Source of the DNA: the human T2T-CHM13v2.0 reference genome, Homo sapiens | NCBI RefSeq assembly: GCF_009914755.1 | Contig: NC_060929.1 | Length of the DNA stretch: 64,000 nucleotides | Strand: one strand, 5' to 3' | Part shown: positions 13,331-27,287 of the stretch, piece after piece | How the letters are laid out: the number at the start of each line of letters is the position of its first letter | Position numbering within the stretch: position 1 is the stretch's first letter | The notes under the pieces: model-generated | The model's database searches: none | Told to the model about the DNA's origin: nothing | Seen by the model: the letters and a program-made list of their open reading frames with translations, nothing else | Program-made: the position numbers and the translations under genes

Positions 13331-15945
13331 CAAAGGATTGTTTAACAATTCTATTCCGTTCTTCTACTTCAAATCAGGTTATTCTCTTTGGTCATAGAAA
13401 ATACGCCTTCTTAGTAATAGATACGTGACATTATGTAACACATGTACAGAAAGATGTTTAATCGTCACTTTTTTTATGAGTATGGTTTTGATGACGATGT
13501 ATTGTCAACTGTGAGACAAAGAACATTAAATGGTGCTGGGCTTGACTCCATAGTAAGGGTGATACACCATGAAGAAGCAAAGCCAAGGAATATTGTTACA
13601 TCTTTATAAGAGCTCATGGGTTTGGGGTGGGGATTGACTTTTTAAATAATTATGGCTTCAGTAACAAATATTTTATCTTCTCAAACCCATGAAATGCAAT
13701 TTAATTTAAATGTATTGATTTTAAAATCACTTGCCAATATTATGATTTATGTATGGCATCTAGTAATAAATGATATCATAGTTGTTTCAAAAGCAAACTC
13801 TAATAAGCAAAGGAAGAAAAGTAAAGTTTTCTTTTTATTTGGTCTAGAACAAATAACTGTGAGAGATATCATCAGAAGACATAAGCTACACCTCACTGAA
13901 ATAGTCAGAAGGTTAATATAATCACTACCCCCATGATCTAAATAGAATTATCGTGCTTTTTTGAGAACTGACGCGATTTGTGCATGAAAGAAGTTTTTTC
14001 TATTTGTTGTGATGTTGCGTTTATCTCTAAGAACATGGGAAACCTGGCATGTAAATAATATGAGATTGAGAAAACTAAAAAACAACAAAACACACACACG
14101 CAACTGGATTTCAAAAACAAAATAAAGCAGTTTTTAGAAAATCAATGTTATAGCTTTTTGAGAGGAACAGGTGCACCTGTGGATCTTGATGATTTTATGA
14201 ACATGTTACAGATTAAATAAAGGAATTTAACATGGGATGCATTCCAGGTAAGCCTCGGTGGGACTCCAAGGGTCTGTGTCCGAAACGTGAAGGACGAGTT
14301 CTGCCTCCCAACGGCCTGGAAGCCAAACTGGGTGAGGGCTACAGAACCTTAGGATGCTGGAGCTGGGAAGCCTGGGGAGTCCCCTTGTGCCACTGTTCTC
14401 TTTACGAGTCACCTGCTCATCCACAGGAGAACTGGGAATGGGAAGCTGTCTGCCAGAGCCCGACATGGCAGCGCCCATGTTTAGGATGCTTCCTCCCTTT
14501 CCCTCTCCTTCTTTGTCCTCCAGGAAGTGACCAGGAGGACTCATGATCTCACCCATGTCCCCTTCCCCATACCTAACTCTGTTTGGGGTGCTGTCCATCC
14601 TCAGAAAGGCCCCACACTCCAAACCTCTTCCAACGTCCTGAGTGCACTGCCCCAACACCTGATCCACTCACTGGGGAGTCTCTGGGGGCTGCAGGGTCTC
14701 CTGCGCAGCTAATGCATCTGTGCTTGAGCTTGCATGAAGACGTTTCACGTGCAAAGAAACAGAAAAACAGCAGCCTGGCCACCCCATTCTATCAATGCCC
14801 TGAGCCTTGTTCCACCTGCCTGTGCACATCTCAGGAACAGTCACCTGGGACGCCTGTGTTTTGGCACGTGGTTTTCCCAACTCCTCCGTCAAGCAAAACT
14901 GCAGTGTGTGTAGGAAACCCCCGGAGGCAGCTGCATACCTCTCTCGATGCCTCTGACTTCTTTCTGCAGCCCAGATTTACTGCTGCTTCCTTCTCAATGG
15001 ATTCCGCCTCCTTCTCTTTGCAACCAGCCTGCACCTCCAGATGCTGCTGCCCCGTGTCCCGGTCACACCCTCCTGCTGCTGACAGGCTCCCCATGATTGC
15101 CTCTGCACCCTCAGCCTGGAAACTGAACCCCCTTTGTCGGTGTTTTGACCTTCAACCTTGCCATGCACTGTTTCAGTTGCCAGGGAGACAGCTGTGACCC
15201 AAACCACATGCCCCGGTTCTCCTGGGTCTCCCATTTTGGAGGTTTGTGTCTAATAAATCACTGCAGGAGGGAGCCAGGTGCCTCCCCTGAGAGCTTTCCC
15301 TCAAAGCTTCCGGAGCCTTACAGAGGCCGAGCTTCCTGCTCTGGCCCTGCCCAGGACACAGTGAGACTGGGTGTGGAGACAGAAGCCACCAGATGTAGGT
15401 ATCTCCTCCCCTGCTCCCTTCTGTCTTCAGCAGGTGGATATGCCGGCTCTGGGCTGCTGCTGAACCTGTGGCTGGCTCTGAGGGATGATGCCTTTCCTGA
15501 GCTGCTCTTCTAAAAAACAGTCCAGATTATCTGCGAGACATCTAGGGTAGGACCAAGTTTTGGCCAAGCAGAGAGCTGATGCGAGGGCGCTGCGTCCTAA
15601 GAGGTGTGGGCTCAATTCCTCCCTCTTCTGGTTTCCCCCCAGGCAGCCAAATCAGAGCCCTACTAATTTTGGAACTTGGCCCCATATTGGGAAAACACAC
15701 AATCCATTGGTATGTGCTCAGAGGAAGAAACAAAATGCTTGGCTGTCGTTTCAGCCGATCAGAAGCTTCCCAGCTTAGGTGCAGGAGGGCTGGAGGGGCC
15801 ACGTATGTGCAGCTTCTTCTGGAGGCCTTCAGGCCCGTCACCCCCATCTCTCACCTCCACCATCAGCACGATGGTGCCTTCTTGTCCTCACCCCTGCATC
15901 CAAGCATCCACCATGGCAGTGGGGCATTTGAGCCCGACACCCCAT

Positions 15946-16670
15946 CTCTATTAGTTTCTTGTACGGCTATAACAAGGTGCCACAAACCAGGCAGCTTAAA
16001 CAACAGGAATTTATTCTCACAGTCCTGGAGGGCTGGAGTCTGAAATCCAGGTGTCACAGGGCCACGCTCCCTCCAAGGCCTCCAGGGGAGGAGCCCTCCT
16101 GACTCTCTGGCTTCTGGCAGTGGCCAGTGACCCCGGCGCTCTGGGACGTGCAGGTTCATCCCTCACCTCTCCGCCTGGCATCTCAGCCTGTGCCCAAATC
16201 TCCCTCTTCTTACAAGGATACCATTCATTGGTTCAGGGCCCACCCTACTCCGGGATGATCTCATCTAAGTGTAGCTAGTTGTATCTGCAAAGGTCTTCTT
16301 TCCATTTGTACATTTTTTAACTTTTATTTTTAACTGGCACATAGTAATTGTACACATTTATGCAATGCATTGTGACATTGCTCTACATGTATACAACATG
16401 TAATGATCAACCAGGGTAATTAACATAGCCATTACCTCAAACGGGACATTTCTTTGTATTGGGAACATTCCCATTTCAATTCAATCTCTTCCAGCTGATT
16501 GAAAATATACAGTAAGTTGCAAATTACAGTCACCCTACAGTACTATACAGCACTAGAACTGTGTCTCCTGTTGAGTTGGGCTTGTGCATCCGTTAACTAC
16601 TCTCTGGCTTGTGGAGGCCACGTGCCGAGGTTTTGAGTGGACAAACATTTTGGGAGACACCATTCAATGG
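15946..16670 (-). mobile_element. MLT1 (MLT1B/C-like) MaLR solo LTR, interrupted by an L1 fragment
   Basis: TATTAGTTTC..GCTATAACAA..CCACAAAC..GCTTAAACAACAGGAATTTATTCTCACAGT.CTGGAGG to ~16304; resumes at ~16610-16668 (TTTTGGGAGACACCATTCAA). Confidence 0.85.
16312..16598 (-). mobile_element. L1MA-type 3' end fragment
   Basis: T-rich start, then ACATAGTAATTGTACACATTTAT..TAATGATCAA.CAGGGTAATTA.CATA.CCATTACCTCAAAC..GTCACCCTACAGT. Confidence 0.8.
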
Positions 16671-16971
16671 TGACACCACCCCAGCCAAGGAAGGAGGAAA
16701 AGGGTAAGGGGTGCTCCTGCCTGCTCTCTTCCTCCTTATCCTTTTATGCAGAACACAGGCCTTTGCAGAAGTCCATCCTGTCTCCGTAGGCACAAGCCTA
16801 ATTTCTTTATTGGCTAAAGTGGGTCCACTGCATGAGGTGGTTTTGTGCAGTGTCTCCCCAGACCCCCAGTAAGGACGGCGCTGGAAGGTTGGATGGCGAG
16901 CAGGATGACAGCTGCGGTGCCTTCACCTCACACCCTCCGGTCCGGAAGCCTCTGCCCCTGTGTGGAGCTAG

Positions 16972-17420
16972 AGCAATGAGGTCCTCTCAGAGAGCCCTGC
17001 ACCTGCAGCCTGTCACCTCTTCCTCCACCTTCTCCAGCAATGAGGTCCTCTCGGAGAGCCCTGCACCTGCAGCCTGTCACCTCTTCCTCCACCTTCTCCA
17101 GCAATGAGGTCCTCTCGGAGAGCCCTGCACCTGCAGCCTGTCACCTCTTCCTCCACCTTCTCCAGCAATGAGGTCCTCTCGGAGAGCCCTGCACCTGCAG
17201 CCTGTCACCTCTTCCTCCACCTTCTGCAGCAATGAGGTCCTCTCGGAGAGCCCTGCACCTGCAGCCTGTCACCTCTTCCTCCACCTTCTCCAGCAATGAG
17301 GTCCTCTCGGAGAGCCCTGCACCTGCAGCCTGTCACCACTTCCTCCACCTTCTCCAGCAATGAGGTCCTCTCGGAGAGCCCTGCACCCTGCAGCCTGTCA
17401 CCTCTTCCTCCACCTTCTCC
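16972..17420 (+). repeat. VNTR minisatellite, 7 x 64 bp
   Basis: Unit AGCAATGAGGTCCTCTCGGAGAGCCCTGCACCTGCAGCCTGTCACCTCTTCCTCCACCTTCTCC starts at 16972, 17036, 17100, 17164, 17228, 17292, 17356; about 4 variant positions in total. Confidence 0.98.
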
Positions 17421-19177
17421 ACCAGTGCCTCCACCTAACCTCTGGAGCAATTCTTGTGGGCAAGTGGAAGACAAGTGGACCACGCGGTGGAGACATCTGA
17501 CTGGCACAAATCGGCGTGGGGACCCGCGGCCCACGGCCTTGTCTCGGGACACGTGGCCCACAGCCCCATGTCAGGAGCTGGCCTGGTCGTCTTGCTGGTT
17601 TGGCCTCTGGGCTCGGGCTGGGTCTGGCTCTGCTCATTTTGCTCTAATCCCAGGCTCAACACGCTTCCCTCAAACTCTAATTTTTGTGTTCCTCATTCCT
17701 GGAAATTCCTCACCAAAGCAAATCCCATTTCCTCCTTTTCCCGTGAACGTTAGGTGGTTGATGCAGGCCACATCAGCGTTGGTACACGTCACCTAACTTT
17801 CAAAAGTGACATCAACGTAATAGAACGAGTGTGGCAGTTCCATGCTAGCCTCTGACTCTGTAGGCAGATAAATAGATCCAAAAAATTCTTGGATGTCATC
17901 AAAGCAAAATTCAGATTCTTGTTTAGTACATGACGGCACTTGGAATAACCTTCACAAGCCATTAACCACCTAAATAAGAAGGCACTATGTTCCTCACTCA
18001 TCAACATACAGAATGTAACTACTGACTTCTCAGTGAAGTTCTGTTTTAAAGTCATGAGATAATGCCTGGGTAACAGAGCAGATGAGTTGGAAACGCTCAC
18101 TGCCCCTCAGTCAAATTCTCTTTCTTTCTCATCCACAGGACTCTGACTGTGTGCTGGGAGCCCGGTGCAGACCTCGTTCCAGCCTCCTTTGCAGCTCGAT
18201 GTGGCTGTCTGGCTGATCCTGGCCAGTGAAATGCAAGAGCAGGTGTGCGTAGGCTCCTCCAAAGCTGCCTAATGCCAGTGCCTCCACCAGGCATCTCCTG
18301 CAAGCCCACTGCCCTCTCCCTCCTGCAGCCTGAAATGTGAGTGTGCATTCCAGGGGCTGTCAGCCACCTTGGCCCAGGAGAGGACTTTGAGAAATGGAGT
18401 CCATGTGGGATGCAGAGGCCACAGAGTGAGCATCCAGTCCCTAGCAATCGCATTTAAGCACCGGGTCTGTAGTCTCTCTGCTGGCAATGGAATGCACTTT
18501 TGAGCCGAAACAACCTCTTCCCCTACATCCCTCCAGCATGCCAGAGTCCAGTGAGTCTGTGGGGTTGCGCTGGTGCAATATTTTACAGATAGTCGCATAG
18601 AGGACTTGGTGGGTCCCCTGGTATGTGATGGAACGTGGGGAGGGAGGTGGGCAGCTGGGCACGTTTTTCCTTTCTTCTGATAACAGGACTTCAGTTTGCC
18701 ACGGTGGTTGTAGACCCCTCCGCACGCTCAGTCTTGGGACTGATAGCACCTCTTAGAGATCATCAGAGGTCAAGAAGTCAGGCTTGGCTCCCAATCCCCA
18801 TGGTGATAGTGGATCCAACGAAGGTCAGTCCCATGACTGTGGAGACCACAGCAAAGAGGCCTCGGTCTTGCAAACTGAATTGCAGCGGGGTGCAGAGAAG
18901 AGTGGAAACCTGCTGGGGGGCAGCTCCTGGGTACAGCTGTGCCTGAAGCCAGCTAGCCTTGGACTTCTCAGGTCTCTGGAGCAGTAAATTCCTCTTCTTC
19001 TAAACAGGTGTGCATGCCCTAGGTTATTTTTTAACAATCACTCACAAACATGCTTTCTAATAAGAAGCAGTAACACAAGAACAGCCTGTTTGGGGCCAGG
19101 CCCCGAGGATGGGAGTGGCATCTGACTTGAACAGGATTGTTCTTCTAGGCCTAGCATGGAGTCTGGATCCTAGCATA

Positions 19178-19580
19178 TGTGGTAGAAACTAGAAAATGGT
19201 TCCCCCGAAAAATTTTCAGACTGAATCCTTGCGAACAACCCATGTTGCTTTACATTGTGAAATGGACTTTGTGGACAGGATTAAGTTTCAAATTCTGAGC
19301 TGGGGGGATCACTCTGGATTCTCTTCTGGGGGGCCTGAGTGTCCTCGCCTGCATCCTGATAGGAGGAAAGCACAGGGGGATTTGACTTCGACAGAAATGA
19401 AGAGGACAGACACACAGAGGAGAGAACCAGGTGGCCATGAGATAGAGTCTGGAGTGACGCGGTCACAAGCCAAGGAATGCTGGAGGCCACCAGGGCAGAA
19501 AGAGGCTGGGAGTGGTTTTGCTTCTGAGCCCAGCACCTTTTGAGAATGAATTTCAGTTTGTGATGATTTGTCATGGCAGA
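19178..19580 (+). mobile_element. MLT1 (MLT1C/D/E-like) LTR, 3' part internally deleted
   Basis: TGTGGTAG..AAAATGGTTCCCC..GGACTTTG..GATTAAGTT..GGAGTGACGCGGTCACAAGCCAAGGAATGCTGGAGGCCACCAG. Confidence 0.8.
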
Positions 19581-19699
19581 GTGTGCATACGCAGTGGCCA
19601 TCGCCTTCTGCTGAAGGGCCTTCCATGGCGCTGACCATCTGAAGAGACCACTGCCCCAGCACCTTCCCTCCCTAGAGTCATCTGTCCACGTGCTACTGG

Positions 19700-20572
19700 A
19701 AGCTCTGTTAGGGTATGCCCATGGCATCTCAAATTCACTTCCCAGAAGCATACCTTATCTTCTCTCCCCACATCGGGGCCTTTTACATCTTTCCCCACAG
19801 AGTGAATGTCAGGGATGTAGTGTCCCTTGAGCCACACACCTGGGAATTCTCCTCCACCTGCTCCTCTTTCCCACCCGCAAAGTCCAGCATTAGGGTCTTA
19901 GCTCTTTCCTCTTTAGTATCTCTTGAAACATTTTTTTCTTGACACCTCCTTGGCCCTCCCCTTAGTTCAAGCTGCTCTGTCTCTCACCTGCGTGATGGCC
20001 TGCACTTCCAAACTGACAACGCTTCCTGCATGCTTCTTCTGCAGCCAGGTGAGCAACACCTTGGGTCAAGTCACCCCTGGGCAAGGTACTTCCCATAAAG
20101 AACCAGTTCCAGGGTCCATCAGCTCCCTCATGCTCTGGCCCACCCTGCTAGCTCCCCCGGGTGAACCTGCACCCAGCCATGCAGCTTGAGGGTGCTCTTC
20201 AGTGACTTGCCTGCTCCCTGTGTTCCTCGTGGGTGCTGTTGTGGTAGGACAGCCTCTTCTGCCAGTTTTGAGCCCGTGCCTCAGTTTCTCCTTCTCAGCT
20301 CCTACTCACCCTTCAGACCGAGCTTCTATCACCTTCCCGCCTTCAGAAACATCTTCCCCCATTTCCCCTTTAGTCAATGTTTTCATCATAACTGTTGTTT
20401 CATATTAGTTTATGTGATTCTTGAAATTGCCTAAAATTACACAGATCTTCATCATTAGCTTTGAAGCTCATGAAGGCAGAAAACAAGCTTGACTTTGCTT
20501 ATCACTACATCCTGGGTTCGCAGCACAATACCTCATATGTGGGACATCATTAGCAATGATTTATTGAATCAA
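19700..20572 (+). mobile_element. L2 LINE fragments including 3' end
   Basis: GGCATCTCAAATTCA.., CCTGGGAATT.TCCT.., TAGTTCAAGC..TCTCTCACCTG and terminal TGAAGCTCATGAAGGCAG..TTATCACT..CAGCACAATACCT..TTATTGAAT. Confidence 0.55.
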
Positions 20573-21560
20573 AGAACACCGGGATAGAGAACAAAACACC
20601 AGCACCTGCTAAACATACTTGTCACGGTATTAGGCATCTCCAAAGAATCAAGTGTCCCATGAAGCTTCTTCTTTTTTATACCTTTGAAACCTCTCTGTGT
20701 TTTCCACTGATAATGACCTTGAACTATATCATTTTATTGATTTATTTCATAATGCATTGGTTATTACATTTTTATCTCAAGAAAGGTCAACCACCAGCTT
20801 GTTTCGGGAAGTATTACTTGGAAAAGTAATAAAGAAGCGTTATCATCCATTATAAAATAAAAAAACATACTTTCTCCTGTTGTAAAGTCCACTTTCAACA
20901 GAGTGGTACTAATGCACAAAAGCCAGAGAAGAATCACCTCCTACTTCCGGAGAGTTGTTCCTTGAGGCTCACCCTACGGGCATCCAGTGCTCTCTCAGCC
21001 CTGTCTGCACCCCCCAGCTTCTGGGTGCCTCAGCGGCACATCCTGCCGTGTGAGCCACCCCTGCTCCTTCCATCCCCAGGGGATTACTGCAGCACGGGAG
21101 CATGATGTTTCCTTGGTATGGCTGAAATGAGATGTATGGCCCATCATCCATCATTTTCCCGTCATTCTTTCATACCTTGTCTGCTCACCCTCAGGACTCC
21201 TGCAAGAGCACGGACTGAATTCCTGTGTAAGTTCTTGGCCAGCTGTGAGGTGTCCCGCTGAAGAGGGCATTCTGCTTCTCCAGAGGCTCTCACAGCCCCT
21301 GGGCATCCCAGCCAAGCATAACATAAGCTGGACGTCCCTCAAAGCTCTCCCCAGGCCAGCGTCTACCAACCTTTCTAACAGGTGTTTTCTGAGACAGCTG
21401 TGCAGGAGAAGGGGCTGGGGATGGGGGCGTGTAAAAGAGAGCTTGAGACAATTCTAACAAATACCCGAGCTTGCTAAGCCTTCACTAAAGACATTTACTA
21501 AGTTTCCTGTGATAAAGTGAAAACTGCTATATTTTTTTTTCCATTTTAAAACAAAACTCA

Positions 21561-21905
<345 letters not shown>

Positions 21906-22039
21906 AAAATAAAACTCAGTGTGGTTTAAATGACAATGCCATGGCTGCCCAGAGACAGAGTTTTGCACAATAATCTCTTCTTTTCAGGGACATGCAAGAT
22001 AGACATTTTAAGTGTTATTTTTAGCTTCAGAATTAACTT

Positions 22040-22732
22040 TTTAAAAGAGATTTTAACTTTTATTTTAAGTTCACAGTTACCTGTGTGCAGGATTGTCATC
22101 TAGATAAACTAGTGTCATGGGATTTGCTGTACAGATTATTTCATCACCTGGGTACTAAGCCTAGTACTCATTAGTTATTTTTCATGCTCCTCTCCCTTCT
22201 CCCCCCTCCACTCTTCAATAGGCCCCAGGGTCTGCTGTTCCCCTCTCTATGTGCCCATGTGTTCTTATAATTTGGCTCTCACTTATAAGTAAGAACATGC
22301 CGTATTTAGTTTTCTCTTCTTGCATTAGTTTGCCAAGGATAATGGCCCCCACCTCCATCCATGTTCCAGCAAAGGACATAACCTCTTTCTTTTATATGGC
22401 TGTATAGTATTCCGTGGTATAAATGAACCACCTTTTCCTTATCCAGGATGTCACTGATGGGCACTTAGGTTGATTTCATGCCTTTGCCATTGTGAACAGT
22501 GCTGCAATGAACACAGCATGCATGTGTCTTTATAATCAAATGATTTATATTCCTTTTGTTAGAATAAAATGATTTACATTCCTTTGGGTATATACCCAGT
22601 AATGGGATGGCTGGGTCAAATGGTATTTCTGGTTCTAGGTCTTTGAGGAGTTGCCACAGTGTCTTCCATGATGGCTGAACTAGTTTACACTCCCATCAAC
22701 AGTGTATAAGCGTTCCCTTTTCTTCACAACCT
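22040..22732 (-). mobile_element. L1 3' end (L1PA13-16/L1PB-like), 5'-truncated
   Basis: TTTTATTTTAAGTTCA..ACAGATTATTTCATCACC..ATAGGCCCCAG..GGGTATATACCCAGTAATGGGAT.GCTGGGTCAAATGGTATTTCTGGTTCTAG. Confidence 0.92.
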
Positions 22733-23333
22733 GTAGTGTAAGGAAATCAGAGAGCAAGCTTCAGTGTTCCAACACATGGACAGAGCCACAGCAATCTTAG
22801 CCTGGAAGTCACTTTTTAAGTCAGTGTAATCAACAGCAGAGGGGAAAAGGCCATGACCCAACTGGCCTCATCCAGACACTCATCTCTCCCGAGTTTAAAC
22901 AAGGACGCTGGTGCACCTCAAAGGTGAGTGGCTGGCGTGCAGCCTGCGGACACAGCAGAGTGCCACCAACACTGGCCAGCTAAATATTGATTTCCCAATG
23001 TTGGATGTAGGAGCAAATCTTTAGGAAAATTCCAGTTCAAAGTGTCAATTCCAGTCCAAAGGGGCTGAGATTGAGTCCTACGTAAAGTGCGCATGGAGCA
23101 CATTCATCTAGAATAAGTCTCAGATTTCATCCATTTACAAAGAAATAAAAACAGATTTCATCATGATTTAGATTATTTTCTCCACTTTCAAGTAAAATGT
23201 GGTGACTAGTTTGGCATAAATTGGAAAGAGGATGAGCACAGGACATCATTTTACAAAACTAAAGAAGAGAAAACTTGAGTTTTATGAAAACTTTTTCAAA
23301 TATTAATGTCATTTGTAAGCTACAAATAAATGA

Positions 23334-23683
<350 letters not shown>

Positions 23684-23706
23684 ACATTTTATTTATTTTT
23701 AAATGC

Positions 23707-24057
23707 TGTATTAGTCCTTTTCCATGATGCTGATAAAGACATACCCGAGACTGGAAAATTTACAAAAGAAAGAGGTTTAATGGACTTATGGTTCCACCTG
23801 GCTGGGGAAGCCTCATAATCATGGTGGAAGGCAAAGAGGAGCAAGTCTTACATGGATGGCAGCAGGCACAGACAGAGAGCTTGTGCAGAGAGACTCCCCC
23901 TGCTAAAACCATCACATCTTGTGAGACAGATTCACTATCACAAGACCAGAATGGGAAAGACCCACCCCCATGATTCAGTTACCTCTCACCAGGTCTCTCC
24001 CACAACATGCAGGAATTCTGGGAGCTACAAGATGAGATTTGGGTGGGGACCATATCA
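23707..24057 (-). mobile_element. THE1 (THE1A/B-like) MaLR solo LTR
   Basis: TGTATTAGTC..GCTGATAAAGACATACCCGAGACTGG..AGAGGTTTAATGGACT..GATGAGATTTGGGTGGGGAC..CATATCA is the reverse complement of the recalled THE1 consensus. Confidence 0.93.
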
Positions 24058-25425
24058 ACTTGTTTATCAAATGATCAACTTGGCTTGCAGGAAGTCACAG
24101 AACTGGTCCTTGAAACACCGAGAGCATAAATTAAGATTCTGACTTTCAGTGCTTTCTCCATTTCCACATGGCAAACTTTGCTTTATGTGTACCTCTCGTG
24201 TTTATTCTTATTTTAAATGCTAATATTATTATTCTTGTTTGCCTGCACCATGCTCCCCTGGACAAGTCCTTTATCCTACTTGTATTCTTCCTTAAGAGCC
24301 TGAAGGTCTCTGGGGCCATTTGTTCTTGTAGAGCTGTATAACCACAGTTTGAAATTCTGCACAGGCTATAAAAAACGGTCTTCTAGGATTGTTTTTAAAT
24401 GAAAGACTTGGAGACAATTTCTTATCCTGGGTCACTGAAAGAAGCATATTGGTCCCAGAGCTGGAATAAAAGCAGATCGTGTCATGCCTGTGGCTGGACA
24501 AAGGGGCTGTGCTGTCCTGCTCCTTGGCGCCTCCTCCGTGAGGACCTTCCGTGGATACTCCTTCCATGCCAGGCTCCTGAGAGTTCAGCCCCGTGAGGTT
24601 TCTATTCAGCACTCGTGGCCTTGGTGCAAGGGCAGAAAGATTTCCCTGGGGTGCTGGCTGTTATCCTGGGTGCACAGGGTGTCTGGGGAACCCTGGACTG
24701 GATGTCCTGGGCCACACAGAGCTCCACCTTCCTCAAGGGCTCATGGTCAGACTACCCCTTAAGCAAAGCAGTGAGAACCACTTCCCTGGTTTTCCATTCC
24801 CTGGTGTCATTGGATGGGGAGGTTTCATTAACTTTAACGTGACACCTATTAAAGTTCATCACGTGACCCAACTTCACGTTTTAAATAAACTCTATTTCAC
24901 GGTGGTCCAGGTTAAGCCAGCTTTGCAGATGACTGCAGTGAGCATGGGCCCAGGTGATGGAACCAGGTGTGTTGTTTTGTTTTTCCTTTGCACTCCTTGT
25001 TTTTACTGGCATGGATGCTATGAGGAAACTGGCTTTCTTCTTTGCCTGTGATACTATTTAGGACACTCAGATGGTTTTTGTCTTTGTTTTGTTTTTCCCA
25101 TCTAAGATTATTTCACTAAGGCATGCTCATACTCAGAAGATGCACCTGTTCTCTCAGATTTCCAAAGTTTTATTTTAATTCTGTCTAATGAGTATATAGT
25201 GTTGAGCATGTGAGGCTTTGAGCTGGGAGAGAAACAAGATGCTCTCTGTGGCCTTCTGAGCCTGTGTTCTGTAAGAGGGACGAGACACACCTGGGCACCT
25301 GTAAGGCAAGATGAAGAAAAGGACTGGGGCAGGAGAGTGCGCAGTGCCAGGTGTGTGGCCAGACAGCGCAGGGCGAAGCTGGTTCCCATGGAAGGGGGTC
25401 GAGGGTGGTGGGGGAGGATGAGGCT

Positions 25426-25613
25426 GGGGCCTCGATCTGCATCTGCAGCAGGCTCCCCTGGAGGGCTTGGTAAGCACAGATGGCTGGGGGCCTCCCCAAC
25501 CCAATCCCAGCTTCTGTGTCCATTGGTCTGGGCGGGGCTGGACAGTGTGTATTTGTAAGAAGTGCTAGTTAACTAACACTGCTGGCCGAGAACTCCACTT
25601 TGGGAGCCACTTG
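25426..25613. mobile_element. MER5A-like hAT DNA transposon relic
   Basis: CCTGGAGGGCTTGGTAAGCACAGATGGCTGGG..GGTCTGGGCGGGGC..CACTTTGGGAGCCACT. Confidence 0.65.
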
Positions 25614-26359
25614 GTTTTCGGGGTGCCAGGGCTGTGGTGAGAAGGTCAGCCAGGTGCTCCTCTCAACCACATTCACCACCAAGCTTGTGGGCCGTGTGAT
25701 TCTCCCTGGGGGCAGCTGATGATGGCTTCCTCTCTGGAGAAGACTGGCTCCAGACCTCCCAGTGACTGGCTTTGGTGACCTCAGCCATCCACTGGTGCGG
25801 TCCTACTGGGTATCCTGCTGAGAACTCAGAGGTTGGCAGACTTTTCATATCTCCTCGCCAGCTCTTGGGGACAGCACCCACTGAGGCACTGGCCAGGCCA
25901 AGAACACACCACGGTGTGTGCCTAGGAGCAAGGCCCTCTTTTCCTAGCCTTCTGAGAAGTCTTCTTCCCCAACCCTCAGCTATGCGCCAAGGCAGGTAAC
26001 AGCTTTTTCCCTACTTGCAGGGAATTTGGCGGAGATAGAGATGCCATCTCTCCGACACCCCTAACAAGCTGCCATATGTGTCACCATCATTGGCACCCAT
26101 GGCCTTAACTTTTACAAATTTCCTCTCCTGGTGCCACGGGCCCTCCAAGCCCCCTCTTCCTTTTTCTTTCTGCAACTTGAACACCACTTATAGGAGCAAA
26201 GTGGAGATTCAGCTTTGAGTGAGGTAGAGAAGGCACAGAATAATTCCTGGTCCAGGGGTCTTCCAGCCAAATTCCTGGCTAACAGCTACCTGAGAAAAGT
26301 TCTCTGACCAAGTGGGAGTGTCAGAAATGTCAAAGGAGTAATACTTATCTGGCTTTCCA

Positions 26360-27287
26360 CGTGTGCATGTGTGTGTGTTATGTGTGGCTGTAGGCTTCTG
26401 CAAGTATGTGTGCGCGTGTGGGTATGAGAATGTGTGTGTGCATTGTGAGTGTGTGTGTAGATGTGTGTATGGGTGTGCATGCATGTGGGAGGATGAATGC
26501 AGGCATAGGTGTGTGCACTTGCGTGTAATTGTGTGTGCACATATGTATATGTGTGTGGAGGTGGGTGTGGAATGTGTGTGCGTGTGGGAGGGTTATGCAG
26601 GCATAGGTATGTGCACTGAGGTTTAAGTGTGTGTGCACACGTGTATGTGTGTGTAGATGGGCGTACAGGTGTGTGTGTGTGCATTTGGGTGTAGGTGTGT
26701 GCACGTGAGTGTAGGTGTGTATGTGTAGAGGATGCATGTCTGTGTAGATGTGTGCATGGGTGTGTGTGCATATGGGGGTGTATGTGCGTACGTGTGCGTG
26801 TGTGTGTAGATACATGGATGGGCGTGTGTCCCTGCGGAAGTGTGTGTGGGCATAGGTGTGTGCATTTGGTAGTAGCTGTGTATGTGCACGTGTATGTGTG
26901 TGTACAGAAGCATGGATGGGTGTGTGTGCATGTGGGAGGGTGCATGTAGGCATAGGTGTGTGGACTTGAGTGCAGTTGTGAAGGTGCACAGGTGTCTATG
27001 TGTGTGCACATGGGTGTACAGGTGGTGTGTATGTGGGAGAATGTTCAGGTGTAGGTGTGTGCACTTGGAAATAGGTGTGTATGTGCACAGGAGTGCACGT
27101 GTGTATAGGTGTGTGCATGCGTGTGTGTATGTGAGTGGGTGCATGTAGGCATAGGTGTGTGCATGTCTGCACTTGGGTATAGAGGTGTGTGTGCATGGGT
27201 GCGTGTGTGTGTGTGTGTGCGTGCATGACTGTGCCTGGGTATATTGCCTGTGTGTGGTGTGCATGTGTGTGTGAGTGTGTGTGCGTG
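26360..27287 (+). repeat. Degenerate TG/TA-rich array with recurrent ~40-bp motif
   Basis: Alternating purine-pyrimidine background; ATGTGGGAGG..ATG(C/T)AGGCATAGGTGTGTGCACTTG-like motif at ~26483, 26582, 26930, 27031, 27129. Confidence 0.92.

Noticed and set aside
14227-16043. Cluster of 120-200-aa ORFs (similarly 29447-30121, 34958-35850, 37401-38040, 44007-44618)
   Set aside because: GC-rich non-coding DNA with low stop density; no family similarity or convincing exon structure.
16972-17420. CRISPR-like array
   Set aside because: Units are head-to-tail with no unique spacers, there are no cas genes and the context is primate; this is a VNTR. The 64-bp unit also shifts frame, so the overlapping ORFs are not coding.
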